Assembly: GCA_951406725.2 (NCBI GenBank)
Contig: OX597818.1
Coordinates: 46,066,001-46,130,000, forward strand
Direction of reading: 5' to 3'
Origin: Octopus vulgaris
Taxonomy: Eukaryota
DNA: 64,000 bases
Every line of letters begins with the position of its first letter. The stretch's first letter is position 1. This document shows, one piece after another, positions 39,055 to 52,460 of the stretch. The notes under the pieces were generated by a model, which saw only the letters and a program-made list of their open reading frames with translations, had not been told where the DNA came from and searched no databases. The translations under genes and the position numbers were made by a program.

Positions 39055-40800
39055 TAAGAATTACGTTAATTTCTAGTGGGGTTAGGATAGTTAGATTCCT
39101 AACTAGAAGGAGAGTTTGATTAAGAAGTTTGTGAGAAATAGAAAAATAGTAATTATTTATATCGAATTGTAGGAAAGACGAAAAGTTTTTGTTGTTTAAG
39201 AGATGGAGCCATGTTATGACTTCACCTGTACAGGACCATAAGTTGACGTCCAATTTCTCCTTGACAATTGGTATTATTTTATCCAGAATAGTTTTGCTTA
39301 TTCTTTCCAAGTCGAATTTGGTAGGGCATATGAGGCGTATAGATGGTTTAGTTATGAAGTCCTTCTCATGATCGTTAAGGTTGAAGTGTGGAGATGTAGG
39401 GCTGTAGTGTTCTGTGCGATCATCCACGTATAATTTGTTCATAAGCTTGCATTGGTTGGTGTTAATATTGTCAAGGGCAGATGTCGGTGCCAGCTTATAA
39501 GACTTGCATAGTTCCTTCTTGATGAATTTGGTGTATTTTTCGATAGTAATAGGATACATATTTCCCGTTTTGTCTGAGAAGACGTGCAATTTAGGTGATG
39601 AAGTGATCCGTTTTATAGTTTGGGAAAGCTGTTTTTGGAAGTAGGATTTATATTTAGAGAATTTAATGTTCTTAATTATATGAAGTATATCTGCTTCGAA
39701 TTTGTCAAGTTGGGGATTGTGTGGAGGATGTTTATAAGATCGAAGATTGTATGTGTTGATGTTATTATCGCTCCAGTTGTTACGATTGTCATGAAAGAAG
39801 ACTTTCCACCGCATTCTTCGGATGAGGGGATCTTTACCTTTTGACCTACAGATTTAAAAAAATAATTTTTTGTAACTAAACACTTTCAAACTTCGGACTC
39901 TGGTAGAATGTGTCATATAAAACATCTTTTACTATTAGCATTTTGGGGAAAAACTTATATTTACAAAGTTATTTCACGTTAAAGTAGTCGTATTTCGGTA
40001 ACTTCAACCAATCAATGACGTGTATTCTGCTGAATAAAACTACTGCCGTTGTTTGTCAACAACAACTATCGGCAGTGTATTTCACTATTATTTATGACAT
40101 CGTTCGTGCGTTTGTACTGGTTTTAAGGTTATATGGTTAGGGTTGGGGTTAGGGTTTTAGGGTTAGGGTCAAGGTTTTATGGTTAGGGTTGTCATAAATA
40201 ACAGTGACAAACGAAATATACACCGCTGGAAGTTCTTGTTGACAAACAACAGTAGTAATTTTATTCGGCTGAATACACGTCATCGATTGGTTGAAATTAC
40301 CGAAATACGACTACTTTAACGTGAAATAACTTCATAGATATAAATTTTTCTCAAAAATGCTAAGAGTAAAAGATGTTTTATGTGACACATTCTACCAGTG
40401 TCCGAAGTTTGAAAGTGTTTAGTTACAAAAAAATTATTTTTTTAATCTGTAGGTCAAAAGGGAAAGATCCGGATGAGGTCCTTAGTTTTGGTAAATACTT
40501 CAGTAAATATTTCGTACTTCGGTGTGGAATAATTTTTTTTTTTCTGATGCATTCAACATATCTGACCTCCAAACCCACCGCAAGCCACTTTTTTTTTTCG
40601 GGAAAAGAAAGGTGGGAGGAGTGGTGGGGATTGTTCCTTCTTGACAGGACAAATAAATTTCCTCCTGTTTTTGCAAGCAACAAGTGGGTGGATTTGGTTT
40701 CAAATCCAGGCAGGGCCAAACAAAGTCCTACAAGTTATATCGAGGTTGAAAGAATGACGCGTACAATATTAAATATGCTAAAACAATCTGAAAACAATAG
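39055..40800 (-). mobile_element. Penelope-like element, N-terminal ORF and start of RT, interrupted by a MITE
   Basis: LIRRMRWK, FEAD, FQKQL, SDKTGNMY, DHEKDF..KPSIRLICP and FLQFDINNYYFSI motifs. The frame continues across the 39828-40470 insertion (FTKTKDLIRRMRWK). Confidence 0.85.
39828..40470. mobile_element. Non-autonomous DNA transposon (Merlin-like MITE) with long TIRs and central telomeric repeats
   Basis: TIRs of about 270 bp start GGATCTTT and end AAAGATCC. 8-bp TSD ggatgagg (39820-39827 and 40471-40478). Five TTAGGG plus variants at 40119-40190. Superfamily inferred from GG ends and 8-bp TSD. Confidence 0.9.
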
Positions 40801-40809
40801 AAACTTTTA

Positions 40810-40992
40810 AACGTTTACCGGTTTTTACGAAATGGTGAGGCTAACGGACTTGAGTTAACAGAAACTAAATGTAACGGAAGTGAATTAGTCCGATAATGAT
40901 TTTCAAAGTTAACTTAAAAGTTAAATCGTTAACGAAAATGTTAACTTCGTTAATTAACGATTAACAGATTAATAGATTTACGCCCAGCTCTG
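40810..40992. mobile_element. hAT-like terminal fragment
   Basis: Ends gcccagctctg (CAGAGCTGGGC TIR type) with repeated taacg/gttaac subterminal motifs. Confidence 0.5.
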
Positions 40993-41017
40993 TGTGTATA
41001 TATATATATATATATAT

Positions 41018-41405
41018 ACGAGCAAAACGCCCCCCGTCCAATGGATGGTGTTGAGTTGTCAAACATTTAAACTAAATTTTCTCAAAACAACTTGCCCGAC
41101 CGTCCCATAGACCTCTCCTTTGAGAAACACTGATGTAACCCAAATTTGAGACACCAGCAAAAGAAGAAATAAAAATAGACTTTTTTTCTATTCCAAGAAA
41201 TACGATTTTACAAATGCACGCTCCCACGGCTTTATCGATCGCATTCTCGAATCCTGGAATCGATTTTTGTAATTTTTTCAAGACTTATACACGCCCTGAT
41301 AGCGTCGGTATCTACATATAAAATTTGAGCGCAATCGAATGGAGGATGCCCGAGATCCTAGAAGACACACTCACAGACAGACAGAACGGATTTTATATAA
41401 TAGAT
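41018..41405 (+). mobile_element. Non-autonomous Helitron/Helentron-like element
   Basis: Short palindrome ccgtccaatggatgg near one end; aaaattt..gcaatcg...(caga)n...ttttatataatagat at the other. Confidence 0.55.
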
Positions 41406-42409
41406 GATTAGTTCTTCACAGCCTTGTTATTGCATTTGTATCCAAGCAACGTTTCATTCTGTTGTTTCTTAACCACACACTTACCCTTTCAATGTCTATT
41501 AAAATTATGTACCTGTTTTGAAACTGCTCTCCAAAATGGAAATAACGGTAGAGTGACTAAATTCTTTGCTGTATTTAATCTCGTCTGTACGTTCTGCGTT
41601 CAGACAGCATGGAAGTCGACTATACCTTTCGTCCATATAGAAACGAATCGAGTATTGAAGTCGATTTAATCGACCATACATTACAATAGAAAAATGTGTG
41701 TATGTGTGTACTTCTATATCATGTTCGATACTTTTTATCATTAAAGGAGCAGTGAGGCAGCGAACTAGCAGAATCGATACAGCGTCGGAAAAAATTTGCC
41801 TTGCACAATTTCTTCTGGCTCTTTACGTTACGAGTTCAAATCCCGCCGGGCTCAACTTTAACTTTCATCCGTTAACTACAGAATTAACTGATATCGACTA
41901 TCTTCTCTCCTCAGAGCTGTTGGTCTTGTGCCTAGATCGGAAATCATTAATCGTAGAAATAGTAGATTGGAAGAAACGCTGTAATTTCGGGTTAAATAAC
42001 TTCAGGTTCAAATCCCATCAATGACTCCTTTGCTTTTTCTCTTCTAGGTTCAAAGAAAATAAATAGCAGAAATTTGCCTGACAAATCGACTGCACTTCAT
42101 CTCTATACAATTTATCGAGGCAAATCACATCCTACATATATATAAAATGAAGTAAAAACCATGTTATATTTTGAGTGCGTTTGATACGTACGTTTCAGAT
42201 AATTGCGCAGTAGATAAAAAAGGGAATTTCATCTCTTAGGCAACAATCTTCCTCAGTTGAAACTTATAAAGTATAAAGAAAGTTATATCAACGAAATTCT
42301 GGTAGCGTGCCCAGCTTCACGCATAACACAAATTTTATATATATGTATGTATACACATACACACGCACACACACGCGCACGCACACACGCATACACACAC
42401 ATGCACATA

Positions 42410-43280
42410 TGGGTACAGGACATCACAAGCAGTAAACAGCATGAGATACGAAAACAAATGAGTGCAATACGCAAACAACGAAAGAAACAGATTGAAAACA
42501 GGACAAGTAACATAAAGAACGGCCCTTCATCAGTTGTCGGCTGCCTATCTACTCCTCATTTCGAGCATTGAACGACAATATGAGTCTTCGAAGACAGTTG
42601 CTCCCATATGTACCAAAATAAAATTTGGGATTTATGGACAGTCTAAGTTGGGAACAAAAACAGGACAGTGAAGACATACAAGGAAACCGAACGAAAACAA
42701 ACGTGGAGGGTCGTTAGACCAGAACGGGGGTAAAATAGTGAACGCTGGAGAAATATTTTTTTTGACAAGAGAAAAGATGGAAGAGAGAGATAAATAGGAT
42801 ACGTCCAGCCTCTAGGACAGCCCTGAAAGAAAAGAAAGATGATCATGTGAGGAAAAGAAAGGTGAACGATAGTCACGTGTGAGCAACGAGAGAGAGTAAA
42901 GGAGAAAGAGGAGGAGAGAGAGAGACAGATAGAAAATGGTGAAGGGGAGAAAAAAGGAATAGAATGTACTTCCTTTCATGCGGGAAAGGATTAAACACCT
43001 CACTCCTGCCATTCAGGTAAACATCCGGGCGTTGTGTATCTTTTAAAATTGCCCTCTTCTCAGCGAAGCACTTCCTGCTGCTATTGAAGTGCGGTTTGCC
43101 TCTTTCTAGGATCTTCCACTTTATGCTGTACTCCGTGGAGCTTTCTTTCAAAGTCCAGGCGTGCTTGACGAGGGTTGTGGCGTTACGTCTCTCTGGGATG
43201 TTGAGTGAGGACTTGTGGTTATTAAAGCGGGTTCTGAAGGGGCCTTCCGTTGCCCCCACGTCGGCCAGTTTAGACATTCG
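42410..43280 (-). mobile_element. Penelope-like element 3' part: GIY-YIG endonuclease and 3' UTR/pLTR
   Basis: VGATEGPFRTRFNNHKSS...TTLVKHAWTLKE...YSIKWKIL...AEKRAI...LNGRSE. The downstream non-coding part resembles 4071-4330. Confidence 0.85.
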
Positions 43281-43655
43281 AACTGTCCGACGAACGGGAA
43301 CATAAAAGTTTGAGTAGCAGTCTTGTGTGATATTTTTCTGATCTCTTTGCAGCTTTAATGATAATTAAGTGTGTGTGTATGTCTAGTCAAATCCAATAAT
43401 CGAACATTAAACATAACAATAACAAAAACAACAAGAGGACGTGCACGGGGAATGCATTAGTTTGATGCTCGATAAAAAGAGAGGGTTTTTGACGCTTTGA
43501 GCATAGTTATTCGTCAGAAAGGAAAACGGAAAAGTCCAAAGAAGGGAAAATGTCACCTACGAGTGTAGTTATCGGGCAGCTAAAAGTTTTGAAACAGTTG
43601 TCCCTCGGAGTCCCATACTTCATAGAAAAAGGTATGAAAGGTATGGAAAGGTATA

Positions 43656-43819
43656 AGCGTAGGAGTGGCTATGTGATAAGTAGCTTGCTTACGAACCACA
43701 TGGTCCCGGGTTCAGTCCCACTGCGTAACACCTTGGGCAAGTGTCTTCTACTGTACCCTCGGGCCGACCGAAGCCTTGTGGGTGGATTTGGTAGATGGAA
43801 ACTGAAAGAAGCCCGTCGA

Positions 43820-43911
<92 letters not shown>

Positions 43912-43913
43912 GC

Positions 43914-43959
<46 letters not shown>

Positions 43960-44167
43960 ATGTATGTATGCGTGTGTGTATGTGTTTGTGTGTCTGTATC
44001 TCCACAACATCGCTTGACAACTGATGCTGGTGTGTTTACGTCCCCGTAACTTAGCGGTTCGGCAAAAGAGACCGATAGAATAAGTACTAGGCTTACAAAG
44101 AATAAGTCCATGCGGTGTTCCAGCATGGCCACAGTCAAATGACTGAAACAAGTAAAAGAGTAAAAAG
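43656..44167 (+). mobile_element. SINE family A with expanded internal (TA)n
   Basis: Same head, core and tail; accounts for the overlapping YIYI ORFs. Confidence 0.88.
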
Positions 44168-45789
44168 TAAGGTGGGCGGGTGACAAAAATTAGAACTTTT
44201 GAGACAAAGATATATTTTTTTTTCAGAATCGTAATTTCTGGGAATGTTTAAAAAAGGTAATGGGAAGAAAATAACTACCTTTTTCTTTCCCAAGTGATAT
44301 ACATGGGACAGCTATTATAAAATCCCGTCAAATCGTGATGGTCACGAATAGAACACTTGCAATCATAAGTTTTCTTGTTCAGGGAAGACTTGCAGTGAAA
44401 CATCCTCTCCCTTATCTCTATCGTCATCATCAAAATATGAAATCTTGTTTCAGAGTTATGTCGATATAATCTTTTACTTGTTGCAGTCATGCTGGAGCAG
44501 CCTCTTGAAGGGTTTTAGTCGAACATACCGACCCCAGGACTTATTTTTAAAGCCTTGGACTAATTCTATCGGTCATTTTTGCTGAACTGCTAGAAAAGGG
44601 ATGGAAGGTGGGCGGGTGGCAAAAATTAAAACTTTTGAGACAAGAATTTTTTTTCAGAATCGTAATTTCTGGGAATGTTAAAAAAAGATAATGGGAAGAA
44701 AATGGCTACCCTTTTTTCTTTCCCAAGTGATATACATGGGACAGCTATTATAAAATCCGCCAAATCGTGATAGTCGCGAATAGGACGTAAACACACCAAC
44801 ACCAGTTATCAAGTAGTGGTGGACAAACACAGACACTAAGTCACACACACACCAGGCTTCTTCCAGTTTCCGTCTACCAATGCCACTCACAAGGCTTTTG
44901 TCAGCCCGATGCTATAGGAGAAGACACTTGCTCAATGTACCATGCATTGGGACTGAGCACGAAACCAAGTGGCTGGAAAGCAAGCTTCTTACCACGCAGC
45001 CACGCCTGTGCCTATAAATGACTACATTTTCTAAAAAAAAATTTGTGCCCTAGGACTCTCACGACCAGTTACCCGGTTTCCATGGCTTACAAGCGGCCAA
45101 GGCAATGCCTCCTTCAATTCGAACGGGATACCGGTTCGTTGCAGGGTTCAAGTCAACTAGTTTAGGGTGGAGGACAAATCGACAGCATCAGTCCCAGTAC
45201 TTGATTGGTACTTTATTTTATTGACTCCGAAGCAATGAAAGTTTACATCGGCAGGATTTGAATTCAGATCGTAAAAAGATGGAAGAAATGCCGTTAAACA
45301 TTTTGTCCGACGTGTTAACGATTCTGCCTTGCTAGCCACTATAAAATCAACATCTCACAAAATGAGTGAACTGGCCAATGTGACAAATCAATATTATAAC
45401 TGATGTTGTCTCCGGAACTGGGCCTTCTGTTTTGTAAGTACTACATTCCAAACAATATCATTTCTAGGCTTCAACTAATAAAAATGTAGTTTGATGTTGT
45501 GTCGTGAAAGCTGTTCACCTTATCCCCTCTAACATACGTAGACAGAACATGATTTTACGAATGAAGAATAACAATCGATAAACAAAAATGTATGAATGAA
45601 CAAAAAGTATGAATGAAGTTAATAGTACTAGAGGCGATGGGATGATAGAAACAATAGTGATGAACTTAATTATTTTGCAGTATTTAATTACATGCTTCAT
45701 ATCCCGTCCTGTTAGTTACTAATGTGAGAAATCAATTATTTGATACTATTTGATGAGGCTGTAAGACCAATGTAAGAACGAAATTCACA

Positions 45790-45847
45790 TCCTATATATA
45801 TTTTATACACATACACACACACACATATATATATATGTATATATATG

Positions 45848-45898
<51 letters not shown>

Positions 45899-45899
45899 G

Positions 45900-45997
<98 letters not shown>

Positions 45998-46188
45998 CAT
46001 CCTATATATATATATATATATCTATATATATATATACATCCTATATATATATACATCCTATATATATAGCCGATTACATACCGAATTCTACCAGTAAATA
46101 ATTGGGTTTTTTTTAAAAGCCTTTATAGAAATTATTTACTCTTATCATTATATTACTATACATCCTATATATATATATATATATACAT

Positions 46189-46226
<38 letters not shown>

Positions 46227-46311
46227 TCATATATATATATACATCCTATATATATATATTTATATATATACATCCTATATATATATTATATATATATATA
46301 TATATATACAT

Positions 46312-46360
<49 letters not shown>

Positions 46361-46390
46361 CTACGCGCACACACACACACACACACATAT
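45790..46390. repeat. (TA)n microsatellite array punctuated by CATCC
   Basis: Recurrent unit (TA)n-CATCC of variable length. Confidence 0.9.
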
Positions 46391-48084
46391 ATTATCTACA
46401 GTATTTAATTTTGTTCAAAGTTCAAATTTTGCTGGGGTGGACAACGTTTAAATATTTATTATTAATATTATTGTTGTTGTTGTTGTTATTTTGATTATTA
46501 TTATTATTATTATACACTGGTGTGTATTTTATTGATTCTTTTACAAGAAATGGTCTCGTGGTTAATCAATAGAAATCGGTATCTATAAGTGGAATATGAA
46601 GATAATAAATAAATGAACACGAACGGAACGGACAATCTACAGAACTCGAAAACTAGCGCATCCCTTCCCACCACCACCACCACCACCACTACACCCGCCC
46701 ACCAAAAAAAAAAAAAAAAAACGAAAGGAAAAATGAGGAATGCCAATCTTTCACAACTTCCAAGTGTCAAATTCTTACTCTTTCTTTCTATCTGAATGTC
46801 TGACAGCCTCTCTCTTGGTTAGCCTGCATGTGTTTCTCTGCATTTTATTTATTTTTTTACTATTTATCTCTCCCACTCACTCATATCAACTTGGACCTTG
46901 ATATTTTCCTCCCACCTTCTCTTCTTCTTCGTTATACTCTAGTTCTCCACTTGTCTATATCTGTCTGCTTGTGATATTCGTTCATAGCCGGGCTTCGCCA
47001 ACTTACTTGTCACAAAACCATTAAACATTCTCCCTGACGTAGGACCTTATATTTTCGCGTCACTATAACTCTAGTAGTAACATTTTAATTATCCTATTCT
47101 CTGTCATACAAATTGTTAAAGTCTAACTGACCCGCTGACCTTCTCAGATTGCTTTTTTTTTTGTTTTTTCGCGATTACTACTCAGTGATACTAAGCAGCT
47201 GCAGTGTAAGTATTTAATCGTTATTATCGTAATTCCACTATACATTTAACTAGATGGTTATGTCTATTTTAGGTTGATTTATAATGTATTTTCTATTTGT
47301 ATGTGAATGCTAGTGTAAGCTGAATAAGAAATGTAAACACGGATTTACTGTGTCGCACCTCTTTTAACGATAATGAAATATTTAATAACTCATTACACTA
47401 TCTTTTGTTTATATGCAGTTTTGAGTTTGACATAAAACTATCCTATATACCTTTGATCTGTTTTAGAGTGACGTAACTGATTTCTTTTCTTTTCACTTTT
47501 CTTTTCTATACATATATCGTCCATTCATTAGTTGATCTGTCTTTGTTATTATTGCTTTATCAAATTGTTACTTTCTTTTCATATTATGTTGTGTTATATT
47601 ACATCAAATATAAGAAGACATACACATATTTCGTTTTCATCAGGAACGAATAGCTACACACTCCAATCAGAAAATGATCTGTAATTATCTTGTTATTATA
47701 CAGTGAAATAAGTTGTACTCAATTCCCAATAAGTAACCGCCTTTCTATCAGTGCTTCGCTATTTCGATTGGTCTGTCTATTTTGCACTCATATAAATCAT
47801 TCATTCATAACATGGTTATTGATTTTTCTCTTGGCAATCTTTATTTTTAAAACCGTATATATTACAAATAATTGGCTATTTGATATTCCAAAAGTATGAT
47901 TGCCGATTATAAAAGATTCTAAATGGACAAGAAACCTGATCGTAATGCATACAAGTGACATTTTACAAGTTTCGCATCATACACCCCAACTTTATTATCA
48001 TTTGAACCCTGATTTTTGATGTGTAAAAATGAATCTGTTTTTGAATATGCTGTTTACAAAAAGACGTCTTCCTAATGAAATAAT

Positions 48085-48670
48085 TTTGATTTTGGTACAT
48101 TTTTCGGGAGGGGCCAGTCACTTACATCGATCCCAGTGTTTCACTGGTACTTAATTTATCGATCCCGAAAGAATTCTGGAAAGCAAAGTCGACTTCAGCT
48201 GAATTTGAACTCAGGACGTAAAAATGCCGCTAAGCATTTTATCTGACACGCTAGCAATTCTGCCAACTCGCCACCATAATAATAAGCTTTTCTATTATAG
48301 GCACAAGGCCTGAAATTTGGGAGGAGGGGACTAGTCGATTACATCGCTCCCAGTGTTTCATTGTTACTTAATTTATCGACCCCGAAAGGATGAAAGGCAA
48401 AGTTGACCTCGGCAGAATTTTGCCCGGCGTGCTAACGATTCTTATTTCTTTACTGCCCACAAGGGGCTAGACACAGAGGGGACAAACAAGAACAGACAAA
48501 TGGATTAAGTCGATTAATCCGCTTCAGTGTGTAACTGGTACTTATTTAATTGACCCCCGAAAGGATGAAAGGCAAAAGTCAACCTTGGCGGAATTGGAAC
48601 TCAGAATGCAGCGGCAGACGAAATACTGCTAAGCATTACGCCCGGCGTGCTAACGTTTCTGCCAATTCGT
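48085..48670 (-). mobile_element. Cluster of nested or tandem SINE family B copies
   Basis: Three copies of the atcgaccccgaaaggatgaaaggcaaagtcgac-type core. Confidence 0.8.
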
Positions 48671-48701
48671 CACTTTCAAGAAGAAGAAGAACAACAACAA
48701 C

Positions 48702-48752
<51 letters not shown>

Positions 48753-49069
48753 GGTGGTGGTTGTGGTTTCAAGGACAAGAATTTTGAGGGGAAGGTATCA
48801 CTTGAGACCAACCCGGAAAGGATGAAAGCATGATTTGAACTCGGAACGTTTTATAAATACTGTCAGAGGCGCTCCGACGATTCTGCTATTAATGTTCTGA
48901 TTGGAAAAATAATATATAAATAAATCCAGAACATACCTATACTGTACAAGAACTACAAAAATACCAAGGACAGAGATCAATAATGTGGTCTTAGGCAATA
49001 TTATAATTAGCTATAGCCTTATCGCTTGTCATGTTGTAAGCTTCTCTGTACGCCTCGTCCACAGGTACC

Positions 49070-49293
49070 TATTTCTTTACTACCCACAAGGGGCTAAACA
49101 CAGAGGGGACAAACAAGGACAGACAAACGGATTAAGTTGATGATATCGATCCCAGTATGTAACTGGTACTTATTTAATCGACCCCGAAAGGATGAAAGGC
49201 AAAGTCGACCTCGGCGGAATTTGAATTCAGAGCGCACCGGTGGACGAAATACCACAAAGCATTTCGCCCGGCGTGCTAACGTTTCTGCCAGCC
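49070..49293 (-). mobile_element. SINE family B
   Basis: Flanked by 14-bp TSD cgtccacaggtacc (49056-49069 and 49294-49307). Confidence 0.88.
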
Positions 49294-49794
49294 CGTCCAC
49301 AGGTACCCAGTTCATATCACCAGTTGATCCTGATTTATACTTGATCCATCTATTTGAGATTCAAGTTTGGATATACCTACACGTGTGTACCACACGGATT
49401 TTTGTTTCCTCATAACTTTCAGGAAAATGGATATCTTTTAATGGAATTTTTTTACAAATACGCTTCAGATGGTGTAGATTAAGATTATATTGAATTTATT
49501 GTGAAGAGCCAAAATTGGTAAGAGCGCCCCCCACCACACACACACACACACAGATCAGCAAAATGAAACTTGAAATTTAAAAAAACTTGCGCCCACCACT
49601 TTTGTTTTGCCTTTGTTTTTCACATTAAATTGTTATAATCGTAATTTACACGTTCTTGAAGGTACTTGTTGAAAATTTCATTCAAAAACATCCATATTAT
49701 CTGAAAGTTACAAGGAAACAAAGTTAATGGGGGGGGGGGTGACACTTGGGTAGTGTATACACGGACATTATTGGTGTACACACTACCCAAGTTA

Positions 49795-50150
49795 GCATGG
49801 TTCCGGGTTCAGTCCCACTGCGTGGCACCTTGGGCAAGTGTCTTCTACTATAACCTTGGGCCGACCAAACCCTTGTGAGTGGATTTGGTAGACGGAAACT
49901 GAAAGAAGCCTGTCGTATATATGTATATATATATATGCGTGTGTGTGTTTGTGTGTCTGTGTTTGTCCCCTAGCATTGCTTGACAACCGATGCTGGTGTG
50001 TTTATGTCCCCGTTACTTAGCGGTTCGACAAAAGAAACCGATAGAATAAGTACTGGGCTTACAAAAGAATAAGTCCCGGGGTCGAGTTGCTCGATTAAAG
50101 GCGGTGCTCCAGCATGGCCGCAGTCAAATGACTGAAACAAGTAAAAGAGA
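49795..50150 (+). mobile_element. SINE family A, 5' truncated
   Basis: catggttccgggttcagtcccactgcgtggcacc ... aagtaaaagag. Confidence 0.85.
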
Positions 50151-50405
50151 GAGTCCCGCGATCCTGTTGTCTGTTGCAGGATGGTTGGGGTTCGCTCCCC
50201 TGCTAGTAATATACATGTACAGTGTGCAGGACTGCACCGATAACCAGCTGGCGGAAGATCTGCCTGGAGTTAAACTAGTAGTAACCATGGAACAGCCATT
50301 TTGATTGGCGATTGATTTTACTTATAATTTATATAGTTTTTTGGCCATAACCAAAAATGTCCTGATGATTATAGCTTCATTACGTGTCAGTAAAGATGGG
50401 CTGAT

Positions 50406-50945
<540 letters not shown>

Positions 50946-52065
50946 CTTGTTCATTGCTACTGAGGTCACTGTAGCGCAACTAAGTATATCTTTTATTTGT
51001 TTCAGTCATTGGACTGCGGCCATGCTATAACACCTCCTTGAAAGGCTGTAGTCAAACGAATTGCCCTCGGTACTTTCTTTTTTAAATCTGGAACTTATTC
51101 CGTTAATGTCTTTTGCTGAACTGCTAGGTTACAGGGGCGTAAAAAAAAACCAATGCCAATTGTTAAGTGGTGATGGGAAACAATCATAGACACAAACACA
51201 TTGATATGTATATAAATATATACATATACATATCGGGCTTCTTTCAGTTTCCTTCAACCAGAATCCCTAACAAGGCTTCAGTTGGCCTGAGGCTACAGTA
51301 GAAGACACTTGCCTAAGGTACCATACAGTGGGACTGAACCTAAAACTATGTGATTGGGAAGCGAGGCTCCTTTACCATAAAGCCATGCATACACCTTTGC
51401 AGAATGTGTGTGTGTGTGCATGTGTGTGTGTGTGTGTGTGTGTGCGTGCGTGCGTGTGTGTTATGAAATTCAATGACTCCAAATTGTTTGATAACTCTAA
51501 CATGATTTTTGCATTTGAATATTAAGCTTTCATCAGTTTCAAGGCTGGGCCCACTGTGTTACATCCTGTTTTATAGTTTTTTTTTTCCTGCTCTGTTAAC
51601 AAATATCACAATAGTATTGGTACCATTGAATTACTGCTTTAATCCTAATACCATTCAGGAAGTAGCATAAAGCTAGTCACTGGGACTTCACATACAAAGT
51701 CTAATACTATTTGAAATATGACAGACGTCGTCAATATAGATTTTTCAAGAAATGTGTTGCTTCACACTAAATTTGTCTTTTTTACATTTTGAGCATCTCC
51801 ACATAACATCACCAATTATACCTTTGGGACTGTTGCAATGACAAGTTTATTACCACAGACATGCAATTTGTCATTCACAATAATGTAGTTTGCTTGTAAG
51901 AGCTGAACGGCATTAGGTGCTAAATTGTCCAATATTTCCATTCATATTGTAGTCAATTTTAATCATCATCATCATTTAATGTCCGTTATCCATGCTGGCA
52001 TGGGTTAGACAATTTGACCAGGTAACACAACTGAGACAATAAACTATGTGTTTTTGAAAAACGTT

Positions 52066-52460
52066 TTACTCTTTTACTTGTTTCAGTTATTTGACTGTGA
52101 CCATACTGGAGCACCTCCTTTAGTCGAGCAAATCAACCCCAGGTCTTATTCTTTGTGAGCCTAGCACTTATTTCTATCGGTCTCTTTTGCTGAACCACTA
52201 AGTTATGGGGACGTAAACACACCAGCATTGGTTGTGAAGAGATGTTGGGGAGACAAACACAGACACACAAACATATACACACACACATACATATATACGA
52301 CGGGCTTCTTTCAGTTTCCGTCTACCAAATCCACTCACAAGGCTTTGGTTGGCTCGAGGCTATAGTAGAAGACACTTGCCCAAGGTGCCACGCAGTGGGA
52401 CAACCCGGAACCATGTGGTTCGTAAGCAAGCTACTTACCACACAGCCACTCCTACGCCTA
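52066..52460 (-). mobile_element. SINE family A
   Basis: Full-length reverse copy. Confidence 0.85.

Noticed and set aside
40119-40190. True telomere or chromosome fusion scar
   Set aside because: Short, single orientation, and enclosed within TIRs and a TSD.
39055-43280. Single PLE with N-terminal (permuted) GIY-YIG
   Set aside because: The endonuclease fragment runs into its own 3' UTR/pLTR and is separated from the RT piece by other elements, so it is better read as a separate truncated copy.
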